DNA of 64,000 nt from Felis catus. Taxonomy: Eukaryota. The stretch is taken from assembly GCF_018350175.1 (NCBI RefSeq), contig NC_058369.1, positions 7,566,001 to 7,630,000 of the forward strand, read 5' to 3'. This document shows, piece by piece, positions 25,860-39,169 of the stretch (within the stretch, counting starts at the first letter, position 1; each line of letters opens with the position of its first letter). Below the pieces are notes generated by a model. The model did no database searches, was not told where the DNA came from, and saw only the letters and a list, made by a program, of their open reading frames with translations. The position numbers and the translations under genes were made by a program.

Positions 25860-26532
25860 GGGAATTAATTCCCTGGGACTCCTGTAAAAAGTACCACAAA
25901 CTGGATGTCTCCAAACAACAGAAATGTATTTATTTTGTCTGGGGCGCCTGGGTGGCACAGTCGGTTAAGCGTCCGACTTCAGCCAGGTCACGATCTCGCG
26001 GTCCGTGAGTTTGAGCCCCGCGTCGGGCTCTGGGCTGATGGCTCGGAGCCTGGAGCCTGCTTCCGATTCTGTGTCTCCCTCTCTCTCTGCCCCTCCCCCG
26101 TTCATGCTCTGTCTCTCTCTGTCCCAAAAATAAATAAAAACATTGAAAGAAATGTATTTATTTTGTCACAGTTCTGAAGACCAGAAGTCCCAGATCAAGG
26201 CATCAGCAGGGCCATGCTCTTTCTGAAGGCTCTAGGGGAGAACGCTTCCTTGTCTCTTCTGGCTTGATGGCTTCTGGCAGTCCTTAGCATTCCTTGACCG
26301 GTAGCTGCAACCCTCCCACCTCTGTCCATCCTTCTTTTTGTGTGTCTTCATATGGCCTTCTTATAAGTACACTAATCCCTGGATAGGGCCCACTCTAATA
26401 AGTATGACGTCTTCTTAACTTAACCAATTACATCTGCAAAGACCCCATTTCCAAGTAAGATCATATTCTGAGGTTCTGAGTGGACATGAGTTTTTTTCAG
26501 GGAAGGGAGGGACACTATTCAACCCAGCACAG
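25860..26532. mobile_element. MaLR (MLT1-type) LTR remnant
   Basis: TACCACAAACT, CACAGTTCTG..CCAGAAGTCC.AGATCAAGG, ACATCTGCAAAGACCC.ATTTCCAA motifs typical of MLT1 LTRs. Confidence 0.6.
25941..26148 (+). mobile_element. Young felid CanSINE within an LTR remnant
   Basis: TSD GAAATGTATTTATTTTGTC. Confidence 0.9.
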
Positions 26533-28941
26533 ACGCTGAAGGTAGAGCTAGCAGACTAAAGAGGAACTCACACCTTAAGTCAGTCATTTACCACCAATGG
26601 GGAGACCACCTCTCTGACCGTCGCTTTCCTTATCAGGAAAATGGAGCTGCTGAAAGAGTGCTCTGAGATAGTGCAGAGTTTAGCGCATCACCTCCCGTGG
26701 CTGTTGGCTTTGGTTCATGATGCAGACCCCCACACAGGCAGATTTCTGGGTGGTTCCTCCTCCTCCTCTCTCCCCATCCTGCTTCCGGCATCCTCCAGCC
26801 CAGAGCCGAGCACCTGGGAGTTTGTCAAGGTCATGCGGGAGAGGTTGGGGAAAATCTCTCCAAGACACTGGGGATCATGGGTGTGATCCTGCGTCCACAG
26901 GGTGGCTACCGAGGCTCTGAAGCAGACATATCTCTCACAGCTCTTGTTCCGATTGCCCTAGACGAGGGAAAGGAACTGTGCAGCCGAAAGATACAGGTAA
27001 GACCCAAAGAGGAGGTCAGGCTCTGCAGACTCCTCTATACCCTCTGCCCACAGGAAGTTCCCCCATCCTGATGTCCCTCTCAGTGCATCCCTCTCTTCTA
27101 ACTCCTAGACCCTTCTCCTCCAATCTCTCCCATCTAGTTTCTTCTCTCTGACCTTCCAGAATTTGACCGCCAGCATGGAGCGAGCCCGTAGCTTCCTGGA
27201 GAAACGGCTTCCCCAAATTCAGACAACCTTTGCAGTAGCCATAGTCTCCTATGCTCTGGCCCTCACTGAGAGCCCCCGAGCCAATGATCGCCTGGACAGC
27301 TTTGCCAGCCGTAGTGAGTGTGGGCCACTTCTTAATCAACTGTGTGTTAACCACAGTCATGGGGGGCAGGGGGAGGGAGATTGTGTGATTTAAAATCCAG
27401 CAATGTGTGATGAATCCCTTAGCGTTTACTGAGCATCTATGGTGTGCCACCCCTTGAGCTCAGACGCCAAGAAACCAAGGTGAACAAGATTAATATGGCC
27501 CTTGCTCTCAAAGATCCCACCTTCCCTGAGGAAAAGAAAACAAAGACAAACAGATCAATAAAGAACCACAAATTGATACAAGCACTGAGATGATAACATG
27601 CAGGATGGGTGGGAGAGATGATGAGAGGGGAGGGGTATGGATTGGAGAACTGGGAACTGGCTCTGTGAAAAGGGCCTGTGTGAAAGGCCAAGGACGTTCC
27701 AAGCTGACAGAATGGCATGTGCAAATACCCTGAACTGGGAAAAGGCTGGCCGTGGTCAAGGATAGAAAAGTCATAACATGTGGTTAACTGTGCATTCCAT
27801 GGCCGTACCTACCTCATCTCCAAGGGCCCTTGTCCCATCCTCTCCATTACTCGAGTCAAGAGGAATGGACTTAGAAAAACTCGCCTGCAGTGGGACTGGT
27901 GGAACCTGGAAGAGCTTCTCTTAACCTTAATTTCCACATCTCTAAATAGCGTCCCTGTCTCCTAGAGTGTTCTGAAAATAAAATGTCCATATGCCTCCTC
28001 AGAGAGTTTCACATAAAGTAAGTGCTCAATAAAATAGCAGATGAGAACACTTGGGCCAGATGACACAAGGAGAGGACAGGTTTAGGTAGATGGACCCGGT
28101 TCTGGGAGACAAAGTGGCCATCCACCTCCCAGATAAAACCCACTGGCCAGTGGACCACCTGGATGAGAACTCCCATTACACCACTGAGGCCACAGCCTAT
28201 GCGCTGATGCAGAAGCTGGAGTTAGGTCGCTACAATGAGACGCACGCCATTGCCCAGTGGCTACTGGAGAAGCGGGAGCTAGGCGGAGGCTTCAAGTCCA
28301 CCCAGGTGACCCGGGTCCCTGAAAGAGGGGACTGGGGAGGGGCGCTAGCCGAGGTCTTGACGAGGTTGGCCCACCGGAAGGAGCTGCCCGTGGTGCTGAT
28401 TTGCCACGCTGGGTGTTGCCCTGGGCGCTGTCAGTGGTGCTGATCCTCAGCCCCATCCCAACACCAAACCACTGTGGTGGCCCTTGAGGCCCTCACCGGC
28501 TTCCGCAAAGCTGTCCCTTTCGAGGATGTCCAGGATCTCCGCGTCCACATAAGCGTCCCCAAGAGAGCCTTGAACTTGGAGTGGATCATGGATCAGAACA
28601 ATGCCTACCAGCAGCGGTCAGCAAAGGTAGGGCACTGAGGGGCAGACATGAAGTCTGCATTGGGGATGAGGCCAAGAGTCATGTCCCTGCCAGTCTCCCT
28701 CTCCAAGGTTATCTCACAACCAATGTCTATACTGAAGGAATAATGTGTGATGGAAACAAGAGTAGATGCAAAGATGACAGGGAGAAAAGTCCTGTGGTGG
28801 TTCCATGCACAAGGAACTCTGGAGACACTGCAAAGTGGACAGATTGAACAGACATACATTAGGACACAGCCCGAGTTGGCAGTTGTAGTTGATCTAGTGA
28901 CAGTGTAGCCACCACAAATACTCTTCCAAAAAGGAAAGGTA

Positions 28942-29610
28942 GGGGCGCCTGGGTGTCTCAGTCAGTTAAGTGTCTGACTTCTGCTCAGGTCATGATCTCT
29001 CAGTCCATGAGTTCGAGCCCCGCATCAGGCTGTGTGCTGACAGCTCAGAGCCTGGAGCCTGCTTCAGATTCTGTGTCTCCTTCCCTCTGCCCCTCCTTCA
29101 CTCATGCTCTGTCTCTCTCTGTCTTTCAAAAATGAATAAATGTTAAGGGGCGCCTGGGTGGCTCAGTCGGTTGGGCGTCCGACTTCGGCTCAGGTCATGA
29201 TCTCACGGTCTGTGAGTTCGAGCCCCGCATCAGGGTCTGTGCTGACAGCTCAGAGCCTGGAGCCTGCTTAGGGCCCTGTGTCTCCTTCTCTCTCTGCCTC
29301 TCATGCTCTGTCTCTGTCTCTTTCTTTTTTTTTTTTTTCAACGTTTATTTATTTTTGGGACAGAGAGAGACAGAGCATGAACAGGGGAGGGGCAGAGAGA
29401 GAGGGAGACACAGAATCCGAAACAGGCTCCAGGCTCTGAGCCATCAGCCCTGAGCCTGATGCGGGGCTCGAACTCACGGACCGCGAGATCGTGACCTGGC
29501 TGAAGTCGGACGCTTAACCGACTGCGCCACCCAGACGCCCCTCTGTCTCTTTCAAAAATAAATAAACATTTTAAAAAATTTTAATGAATAAATGTTAAAA
29601 AAAAAAAAAA
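28942..29610. mobile_element. Nested CanSINE cluster (three elements)
   Basis: + SINE at 28942; second + SINE at ~29147 in its tail; young - strand SINE ~29325-29541 inside the second. Confidence 0.85.
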
Positions 29611-32600
29611 AGGAAAAGAAAAACCATCTACATGGAGACAGGTGAGCAGTGAGCCACTAGGCCCCAAGATAGGGAAGTTACTGAGGCCTCAGTGCCCATG
29701 CATGTTTTCTTCCCCAACCCCACTGCATTTGAGCCATGGTTTGATGCTTCCTCCATGTTCAAATTCTCCTCACTTCCTTTCAGTTCTCTGCCCAGTATGA
29801 CCTAGAGATCAAAGCCAGTGGCAGTGGGAGAGGCACAATCTCAGTAGGTCTGGTGTCCCACGTTGAGATGCTTAACTGGAGCCCAGCCCCGCACCCCCCT
29901 CCACCCCGCCACTGGTAGAAACAGAGGCAATCTAGACTGCAAGACAAGACCAACATTAGCAATAATTTTAACTACAACTTAGGGCACTACTATTTGCTAG
30001 GAACCAAGTTAAGGACACCCCAAAGCCTGCCCATAGAAAGTTGGTAAAAATACGGACTCCATTCACCAGTTAGGGAATGAGAGACTCAGAAAGGTCTTCA
30101 CTTGTTATAAGTCAAGAGTCAGGAGAGACAGAAGCCAGAGATCTTTGGACCTGTCTGCCCTCCCATGCTGAGTCCCTGAAGGGTGTCTCTTTGCTCTCCA
30201 AAGGAAGATTCTCCCTCCAGCATGCCTTCCAATGCCTGGAGGATAATTCTACCCTTTCCCCAACATCTAGGGGCTCCATTATATCTTCTGGCTCCATGCC
30301 CTGTGGCCCAGAAGGACAGATGTCTTGTTCACTAAATTTGAGGCAGCCTGTTTTCATGTTTCTGGCAATGGAGTCACGGTTGAATCTCTGACTTCGTTGT
30401 GTGACTTTGGGCATGTCACACTCCCCCATGAGCCTCAGTGAAATTTAAATTAAGTAAAATTAAGCATTCAGCTCCTCAGTTGCACTAGCCACATTTCAAG
30501 TGCTCAATAACTACATGTGGCTAGTGTTTACCACATGAACAGTGCAGGTAGGGACTATTTCCATTACTGAAGAAAGTCCTATTACGCTGAGGTGGTCTAG
30601 AACCTAAAGAGTGTTCTGGTCACTGCACCCAGGAATTATGGGAAGGGGGCAGACTTTGAAGCGAATTATCCACAGGGGCAGAACCTGGCCAGGCGAGGAC
30701 TGGGGTGAGGAGGAAGGGAATGGTTGGGAATGGTCTCTGACACCTTTCCTGCCCCGGCAGATCCTGACCATGTACTACAGGTCCCCAGAGTCCTAGGAGG
30801 GCACCTGCACCCTGTACCACCTGAATGTGACTCTCCATAGTGCCCTGGAAGGTGAGCCTAGACCCAGGGACTCCCAGCCCTTCTTTTTCATCACTTTATT
30901 TTAGCTATCATTCAGTAAGCACATTTATTGCCTTATTCAACTATTCAACAAATATTTGTTGAGAATTTACTGTGCCATGCCATGTTTCTGGACCCCAGGA
31001 ACACAGGCGTGATCTTCTCCTGGGTCCCACATTCTAGTAGGGAGAGACAAACAGTAATACAACAATAAGTATATTATATTCCTGCTATTTATTTATAACA
31101 ATCTACACTATAAAAACAAATATGCAGAAGGTGATGATAGTACCATACCAAATAAAGCAGGAAAAGGTGATACACGCTTGGAGGAGGTCCAGGGGAAGCT
31201 CTCTGAGGAGGTGGCATTTGAGCTCAGACACGAAAGAAGGGAGAGAATGAGCCGTGAAGGATCTGAGGGAATAGCATTCCAAGCAGGTGGAATGGAAGGT
31301 GCAAAGGCCCGGAGGCAAGAATGAGCTCACCTTGTTTGAAGAGGCCATTGTGCCCACAGAGGAGCAAAGAGTAGGGTTTTAGGAAAAAGAACTGGAGAGG
31401 TTATGGGGGCAGATGATGCCAGGACTTGCGGCCATAGTGAGATCACTGGTGTTTGCTGAGTGAAGCGGGAGCCATGGAGTGTTCTGAGAGAGAAGGTTGG
31501 CACAGGCTCCCTCTGGCACAGACTGTAGAAGACAATGGGAGAAACTGGGGGACAAGGGAGGAAGCGACTGCACCGGTCCTGTGGGAGACGATGGGGGCTG
31601 AAGCGGGGTAGGGGATGTGGAGATGACCAGAAATGGGATTCTGGAGTTCCTAGTCTGGGTGGGGTACCAAGAAGGAAGAGACAGGACTTCGCCAGTGGGA
31701 ACTCAATGTGGGGATGAGGGGAATGAGCCTCCCCAGCCCCAGGACTTTCAGGTACTGAGGTGACCAAGGATTTGGTTTGGGCCACACTTTTTAATAAAAA
31801 TAAAATAACAATAACAATAATAATAATAGTGGCGGTAGCAATGGGAGTAGTGATGAGAATAATAGTAACTGACAGTTACCAAGAAGTGATAACGCACGAT
31901 GTTAAGACCTTTGCTCCTATTAACTCATTAAATCCTTGCAGGCTGGCTGGGCTGGGAATATTATGCTCCTCATTTACAGTTTAGGTAACTAAAGCACAGA
32001 GAGCTAAAGCACCTTGCCCAAAGTCACACAGCAGAGTCAGGATTTGAACCCAGGAAGCTGTGTTACCCAGCCTCTAAACTCCCGCCTTCTCTCTGCAGAT
32101 AATAAAAAAGGGGAAGAGACCTTCCAGCTCTGGGCGGAGACAAGGTCAGGGCCCCAGGATCTTGGGCCGGGCAGGAGGAAGGCCTCGCTTCCCAGCATCC
32201 AGACCCCTTGCCAGCTCTTCCTGCATACTGAATGGAGGGTGGGAACCAGCCAGGCTTGCTTTTCCGTGCATGCCCCCTCAGCCTGCCTCCCATCCTGCCC
32301 TCCCTTCCCCTCCCATGCTTGTCTACAATACTGCTGCCCAGTCCTGTCCCCCAGCCTTCCCTGTCCCGGGATGCTGGACTCCGCCACCGTGAACGTGCTC
32401 CACGTCCCGGATGCCCAGAACTGGTTCCAAGCCTGCCGCCTCCCCATCCCCATCTTCTCCAGACACCCCAGCCCTCACCCCAGTCCTGCCCTTTCCCTCA
32501 AATGCCCTCACCCAGATCTGCCCCAGATAAAAACACGGGTTGAGCTCTGTTCTAGGAACTGAGGGCACAGCCGTGAGCAAGGCAGCCCCTCTCTGCCTGA

Positions 32601-35600
32601 TGGAGCTCACAGCCTATCAGGGGAGACAGACAATCACCATATAATCATCCAGAATCAATTTAGAATGACAGCTGTGATTAAATATGGCCAAGGAGAGGTC
32701 TACAGAGGCACAGGAGGGCAAATTAGAGAATGACAAGGTGCATGAGTGGGAGAAGGCTTCCCAGAGGGAGGGAGGGATCAGTGGAAATTGCAAAGATGGA
32801 AGTAGGATGTTTCAGGGCAGAGAGAGAGAGAGGAATGAGGACTCCAGGCTGAGAGAACAGCATATGCCAAGGTCCAGGGGCAGGAGAGAGATGCTTAAGA
32901 GCAATCACATGAAGGCTGGGGTGAGAGGGGGTGAAGTGGATGGATGAGACAAAGCGCCTGCTAAAATTGTTAAGCAAGGAGGCAACACACGAGACTCCTG
33001 TTCGCTAAACTGTATGCTTCTAGGGGCAGAGGAGTAGCGGGGAGACCCAGGAGGAGGCTACTGACTGCATTCATCCAGGCCTGAGATGATGGCAGGGGGA
33101 GCATGGGGGGAGAGGAAGGAGGAGAGTGAAGAAAGACTGGAGCTGTGAAATCCCCAGGTTCCAGGGAAATCGAGAGGCCACAATGAGCATCATGGAGGTC
33201 TCCCTGCTCACTGGCTTCTACCCCAACCAGAATGACCTCAAACAGGTAACGGAGGTCCCACCTGCCGAACAGGGTGGGAATGCCCTAGCAACATCCCACA
33301 GTCCCCGTGTGGGCACGGGGGTCAAGGCCCCAAGGTTAGTGCCCCGTGGTCAGTAGCCATGGTCACTTCTGATTGTCTCCCTGCATGACCTTAGGCAAGG
33401 CCTTGCCCTGATGGGGCCTCCGTTTCCCTGACACTGGCGTTGATGGGACAAGGGCTGGGAGCTCTGAGAGTTACTTCACACTGACTAGAGCTCCTAGAGC
33501 TGGGGACCTCCGGGCAGTGGGAAGCGGGTTGGAGGGGGGGTGTCTCTGCCAACCTGCAGGCCTCACCCTGTGCCCCAGCTGACAAGCAACGTGGAGATGT
33601 ACGCCTTCCAGTGTGAGACCAAGACGAGCTACAGCGACAGCACCGTTGTCCTCTACCTGGAGAAGGTGAGGAAGCCTGGGTGTCCTCCTCCAGGGGCCCG
33701 TGGGCCACCCGGTGGGCGGAGTATCCACGGTCAGCACCTTGGGTAGTGTTGCCAGAGAGCCATGCAGTCTGAGGTCAGCTCCTCAGGCCGCAAGGTCACG
33801 TCGTCACTGGTTATGGCCAAGGCCCTGTGGTCAGTGCCCCGTGGTCAGTGGCTCAGACAGGATTCCCTTCCCCGGTTCCTGCAGGCCGCCCAGGTCACCG
33901 TATACGACTACTACCAGCCTTGTAAGCAGGGATCTGGGGGTGCACAGGTATCCCCCAAGAGGACTGAGAAGAACAGGGCCAGGAGGAAAGGATGAGGGGC
34001 GGGGCCAAGACGGGGGTTTGAGGCGTGGCCCAGAGGGGGCTGGGCACTGGGGCAGCAAGAAGGTTGCTAAAAGGGACCGAGAGGGATGTGGTGATAAGGG
34101 GCGTGGCCTTCCTGCGTAGTCAGAGTTGTGCGGAGTCTGGAAGGGGATGGGACGGAGAAGTGACCGGGCAAGGCCCACAGGGCGAGAAGGGAGGAGTCTT
34201 CAAGGGGGAGGGGCCTGAGGAGAGAATGACTGGGCAGGGCCAGGTGGGGAGAGGGGCGGGGCTTAGGGGGCGGAGCCAGGCGGTGACCCGGCCCCCAGGA
34301 AGGCGAGCCCAAGCCAACCCCCCAACAGTTCGTCCCTCTTTCAGCTCGGAGGTGCGGCTCTCGCTTCAACCTGCCCACAGAGCACTCTTCCATGCGCAAG
34401 ATCTGTCACCAAGATGTGTGCAGATGTGCGGAGGGTGAGGTCCTGGAGACGCCGAGGCCGGGGCTGCCAGGCTAGGGATCCAGGAGCCCTGCATCACCTC
34501 CTGGCTGTCTCTTAGGGCTGAGTTTAGACCGAGAGAGATGGTGAGATAGGAAGACAGAGAAAAGGAGACCCAGAGACAGAGACTGTCACATACGCTCAGG
34601 CACAGCCAAAAATGGAGCGAGACATAAAGAGACTCAGATGGGAGAAAGAGACCAGAAGGAGAGCGGGAGGAAGACAGAGAGCACCCTACAGACCGGGGTG
34701 GGGGGGGAAGCCCCCTCCCTCGGTGCAGCCCGAGCCGCTGACCTTCCAGAACGGTGCCCATCTCTGAGGAAGGACAGCGCCCTACTGAGACAGGAGGAGC
34801 TCCAGGCGGCAGCCTGTGAGGCAGGCATGGACTTCGGTGAGTGTGGGAAGTGGCGGGGGGACAGGAGGAGGTCCACCTGCGGCCCAGATGCCAACGGGAC
34901 ACCCTCCTGCCCTCGCTTTCCCAGTGTACAAGGTCAAGCTGGAGTCTGTGAAGGCCTCCACCTCCAATCCCTGCATCTACTACAACGTGAAACCCCAAGC
35001 CATCATCAAGAGTGTTGTATGTCGGATGGGGCAGAAGAGGCAGGGTGGGGTTCTACCCCAAGGGTCCCAGTGGGGGAAGGAGCCAGGCCTGTGTACATTC
35101 TCACCCCGGGTTTTCTCTCCTCCAGGTACAGACTCTGCCCTGGCCCTCGCCAGGAGGAAATTCGTCTCTCATGACACCTGCCATGACTCCCTGGGGCTGC
35201 AAGAACGGGAGACATACATCATGGGCCACACATCAGACCTGTGGAGAGTCCAGTCTCAGTACGTGGGGGACTGCTGCTGTCCCAGGACTCAGGCATGGTC
35301 CCCTTTCCCCATCCTGGCCCAGTCCCTGGTGTCAACACCTCCTATTAGCACATGTCACCCAACAGCAGGAGTCCTGGGTTTCGAGGCTGCCCTGAAGGGA
35401 GGTGCAGACTGTGCACTGAACAATGCCGGGGAACACCATTCACAAGGAGATGTTGCTGATGTAGACATAGATTCGGCTTTCCAATAGGGGGCCATAAGGA
35501 CTCAGAGGAAGGGGTGCCTTTTCTGATCCCCAGCCATGTGGAGGCTGTGGGACCCAAGAGGGCCCGCTGGAGTGGACATACAACCTGTGGCTGTGGGAGG

Positions 35601-35894
35601 CTGCCAGTCAGGACAGAGGAGCCAGGCAGGGAGGGCTCCACGCCCCCAGGGCACCAGGCTCTCCTCACCCCCCTTGCCATCTCTCACCCACAGTTACATC
35701 TGTGTCCTGGGCAAGGAGACATTCCTCATGAATTGGCCAGCGGAAGGGGATGTGGGCAAGAAGGAATTGCTGGACCAGCTGGAAGGATTTTCAGAATATA
35801 TGAGCACACGTGGCCGTGAGTCCTAAGACTCTGAGGTGCCTGCTGCCCTCAGGTGGTTGTTCCAAGCAGGCCCAGGCCACTGGGCTTAACCCCA

Positions 35895-35900
35895 AATAAA
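35895..35900 (+). terminator. Polyadenylation signal of C3P1
   Basis: AATAAA ~70 nt downstream of the terminal TAA at 35824-35826. Confidence 0.7.
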
Positions 35901-36358
35901 GAGCATGGAGTATCACACCCAAACTCCATACATTTATCCCTGCTCAACATTCATCGGAGGCCCCGCACAACCTGCCCTACGATCGCGTGGACCCGCCTCT
36001 TCCCTCTCCCTCCTACTCCATTTCAATCACACTGGCCTCCTTTGGGTCCTTCCAACACCTACATTGATTCCCACCTCAGGGCCTTTGCACTCACTGTTCC
36101 CTCCACCAACTACACCCTTCCTCCAGATATCTGCATTGACTGAACCCTTCCCTTATTTGGACTCTGTTTAAATGTCACTTCTGGGGCACCTGAGTGGCTC
36201 AGGTGATTAAGCTTCTGACTTGATTTCAGCTCGGGTCATGATCTCGTGGTTCATGAGTTCAAGCCCCGCTTCGGGCTCCATGCTGACAGTGCAGAGCCTG
36301 CTTGGGATTCTCTCCCCCTCTCCCTCTTTCTCTGCCTCTCTCCCACTCTCACGCACAT

Positions 36359-36395
<37 letters not shown>

Positions 36396-38509
36396 ATAAA
36401 CAAACAAACTCTTTTTAAAAGTCACTTCCTCAAAGATACTTGCTTTAATGACATATCTAAAATAGACCCCCTTCTGTCACTCTCTCTCCACTTACCCTGT
36501 TTCGTTCTCTCAACAACACCTATAAATATATCGCGTGTAACAGTTATTGGTTTGATTGTTAAATAGGCATTTCTCCTGCCTTACAGTGTCAGCTCCTTAA
36601 AACCAGGGGTCATGTCTGTCTTGTTCACTGCGATATTCTCAGTTCCTACAGCAAGTGCTGGAACAGAGTAGGTGCTCACGAAATGATTATCTAATGAATG
36701 CATCAGTTGATGGATGAATTTGGTGCCCATGCTGTACCTGGTCCTGACTGAAGGTTAGATGGGGAGCCCCAGGCAACTGGGGAGCTAAGACAAGGGGCAG
36801 GGGAAAGCGAATAAGTTTTATCAATGTGGCCTGGGATGGGACTGAAAGCTCTGCCAAGCCAAGGCAGCAACCCACGTGGCTCCAGGAACCCCCAAGAGTG
36901 CTAGAGGGACTGCAAGGCATCCAGAATGCCTTGGTCTTGGTGTGTCAATGAGGGACTGAGATGAGAAGGAGAACCAGAAAGGCGGGCCTGGGGGGCTGCT
37001 GGGTGAGCTGACTTCATAAAAGGTTTGAAATACCAGGCTAGAGGGCTTGGTCATTATCAAGGGTAGTAGGGAGTCATGGAAGATATTTGAGCAGGAGAGG
37101 AACTGACCAGCCCAGCTGGTTGATGGGTGAAAACTGAGTTGATGGCAGGAAATCTGGGGAGGAGGCTGGAGCTGTGGGGCCACAAGAGAGCATGGTGGCA
37201 ACTGCCTGAGTTCAAATTCTGCTTCCACTTCTTCCTGACTGTGTGACCTTAGCATGATTACTCACCTCTCTTTGCTTTGGTTTCCTCATCTTTTTTTTTT
37301 TTTAATGTTTATTTATTTTGAGAGAGAGAGAGAGCATGCGTGCAGGGGAGGGGCAGAGGGAGAGAGAAAATCCCAAGCAGGCTCCATGCTCAGCATGAGG
37401 CTCGATCTCACGACTGAGGCATGACCTGAGCCAAAACCAAGAGTCGGACATTCAACCGACTGAGCCACCCAGGCACCCCGGGTTTCCTCATCTTTAATTA
37501 CTTCCCAGAGAGTAATTGTGAGTGCCAGTGTATAGTTAACAGTCAATAAATGTTCACTGGCCTTTCAGTGAGGAAGACAAGAGGCCATGGGAGAGAGTGG
37601 AGTGGCTAGAATCCACAGGTTAGAGAGAAAAGCAGGTCAAACAACTTCTGCTCAAAGCCCTCCCAAGCTCCTATCACTCAGACACCAAAGCCCTCAAGGT
37701 GCTGCATTGTGGCCCCATCACCTCCCTGACCCCCTGGCCCCCCATTCTCCACCCCACTCACCCCAGCCACACTGGCTCCCCCCATGGTTCCCCAAAACTC
37801 CTAGCTCTTCCTTGCCTCTGGGCTTTTGCATAAGCTGTTCCTTCTGCCCAAACACCTTTCCCATGACTTCTTTCTCTTCATCCTTCTAATCTCCACTCAG
37901 AGAGGCCTGCCCCAGCCACCCCGGCTAGCTGAAATTGGACCTTTATCTCTCCCCCCAACCTGTTCGGTTCCTTCCGGGTAGATGCTACAAGGCATAATGC
38001 AGGGGAGGGGCAGGGGAGGGGCATTGACACACCAAGATCAAGCCATTCTGGATGCCTTGCAGTCCCTCTAGCACTGGGTTCTTAACTTACGGCTTTGTCG
38101 TCTGTCTCCCCTACTGGGCTGGGAGTCCCAGGAGAGCAGAAAGGATGTCTGTCCTAATCACAAATATAACTGCAGCAGCTCGCACAAGGCCCAGCACATA
38201 GTAGGTGCTCATTTTGTTGAATTAATGACTGAATACACGAAAGAGTGAGAGAGAAGAAAGGAGGAGGGGGGAAGGGAGAAGGTAAAGGAAAGAAGAAGGA
38301 AGGAAGGAAGGAAGCCAGCAAGGAGGAAGCTCAGTTCATGGCTTGTTTCTGTACAGCCCTCAAGCTAAGAATTTTTTTTTTTTACATTTTCAAAGAGTTA
38401 AAAGAAGAAGAAGAATGTATAACAGAGATTGTATGTGACCTGAACAGCCTAAAATATTTATTATCTTGTCCTCTAGGGGGGGAAAAAGTGCCTACCCCTG
38501 AATGAGTCC

Positions 38510-39045
38510 CTTAGTTATCTATTGCTATGAAACAAATTACCCCAAAGCTTAGAGGCTTAAATGGTACGTGTTATCATTCACAGTTTTGGTGGGTTGGGAA
38601 TCCACAGGGAGCCAGTGAGCTGCACGATTTGGGCTTAGGGGTCTCTCACAAGATTGCAATTAAAATGTCAGGTGGGGCTGTTGTCATCTGAAAGTTCGGC
38701 TGAGGCTGGAGGAGCCACCTCCAAGGTAGCTCCCTCACGTAGCTGGCAAGCTGCTGGTGGCTCTTGATGGAAGGACTCAATCCCCGGCCGTGTGCACCTC
38801 TTCACAAGGTTGCTTGCGCGTCCTCATGAGATGGCAGCTGGCTTTCCCCAGAGTGAGCGATCAGAGAGAAAGCGCAAGGAGGAAGCCACAGTGCCTTTAA
38901 AGATCCAGCCTCGGAAACTGTACAGCATCATTTCCACAACATTCTATTGGTCACACGAGCCAACACGATTCAGCGAGGACAAGGACTACAAAGGGCATGA
39001 CTCTCAGGGGTCCCTGGAGGCCATCTTGCAGGCTACCAACCACCG
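38510..39045. mobile_element. MaLR (MLT1-type) LTR remnant
   Basis: AACAAATTACCCCAAAGCTTAG, GGCTGGAGGAGCCACCTCCAAG, ATGGCAGCTGGCTTTCCCCAGAGTGAG motifs. Confidence 0.6.
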
Positions 39046-39078
39046 ACAATTAGTGACAGAGTTTGGGATTTGAGCCCC

Positions 39079-39163
39079 AGCAATCTGGTTCCAGAGTCTA
39101 TGCACTCAACACCATGTGCAAAGCAATCTGGTTCCAGAGTCTATGCACTCAACACCATGCGCA
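39079..39163. repeat. Tandem duplication, 43-bp period
   Basis: AGCAATCTGGTTCCAGAGTCTATGCACTCAACACCATG(T/C)GCA twice. Confidence 0.9.
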
Positions 39164-39169
39164 GATGTC

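Larger units (their letters stand above)
9831..35826 (+). pseudogene. C3P1: Complement C3 paralog, unprocessed 41-exon pseudogene (C3P1-like)
   Basis: Exons traced by GT-AG sites and translation: 9831-9901 (signal peptide MDLSWPMGLLLLLLG), 10046-10249, 10699-10871, 11058-11128, 11225-11308, 11383-~11467, 11705-11792, 12228-12330, 12437-12557, 12824-12939, 13608-13750, 13832-14041, 14270-14479, 14777-14938, 15188-15317, 16154-16231, 18905-~18995 (truncated), 19249-19360 (FPESWLW), 19661-19746, 19851-19990, ~20242-20325 (5' lost), 21349-21400, ~21460-21517 (5' lost), 21686-21889 (thioester exon), 22990-23049, 23486-~23628, 26901-26996, 27160-27313, 28133-28305 (GGGFKSTQ), 28468-28626, 29784-29843, 30761-30851, 32099-32144, 33158-33245, 33579-33665, ~33875-33921 (5' lost), 34345-34434, 34750-34836, 34925-~35014, 35126-35258, 35694-35826 (TAA). 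C3-family motifs occur in order (QTDKTIYTP, LPSFEV, FVSNPDGSPA, ELVADSIW, LVAVDKAVYVLN, ICHQDVCRCAE). Multiple disabling lesions. Position next to SHFL/ANGPTL6 fits C3P1. Confidence 0.93.

Noticed and set aside
34816..35487. 223-aa ORF
   Set aside because: Chance in-frame read-through of C3P1 exons 39-40 and their introns
9831..35826. Functional complement C3 gene
   Set aside because: Frameshift and stop already in exon 2, many further lesions, low similarity to C3 itself, and a neighbourhood that fits C3P1
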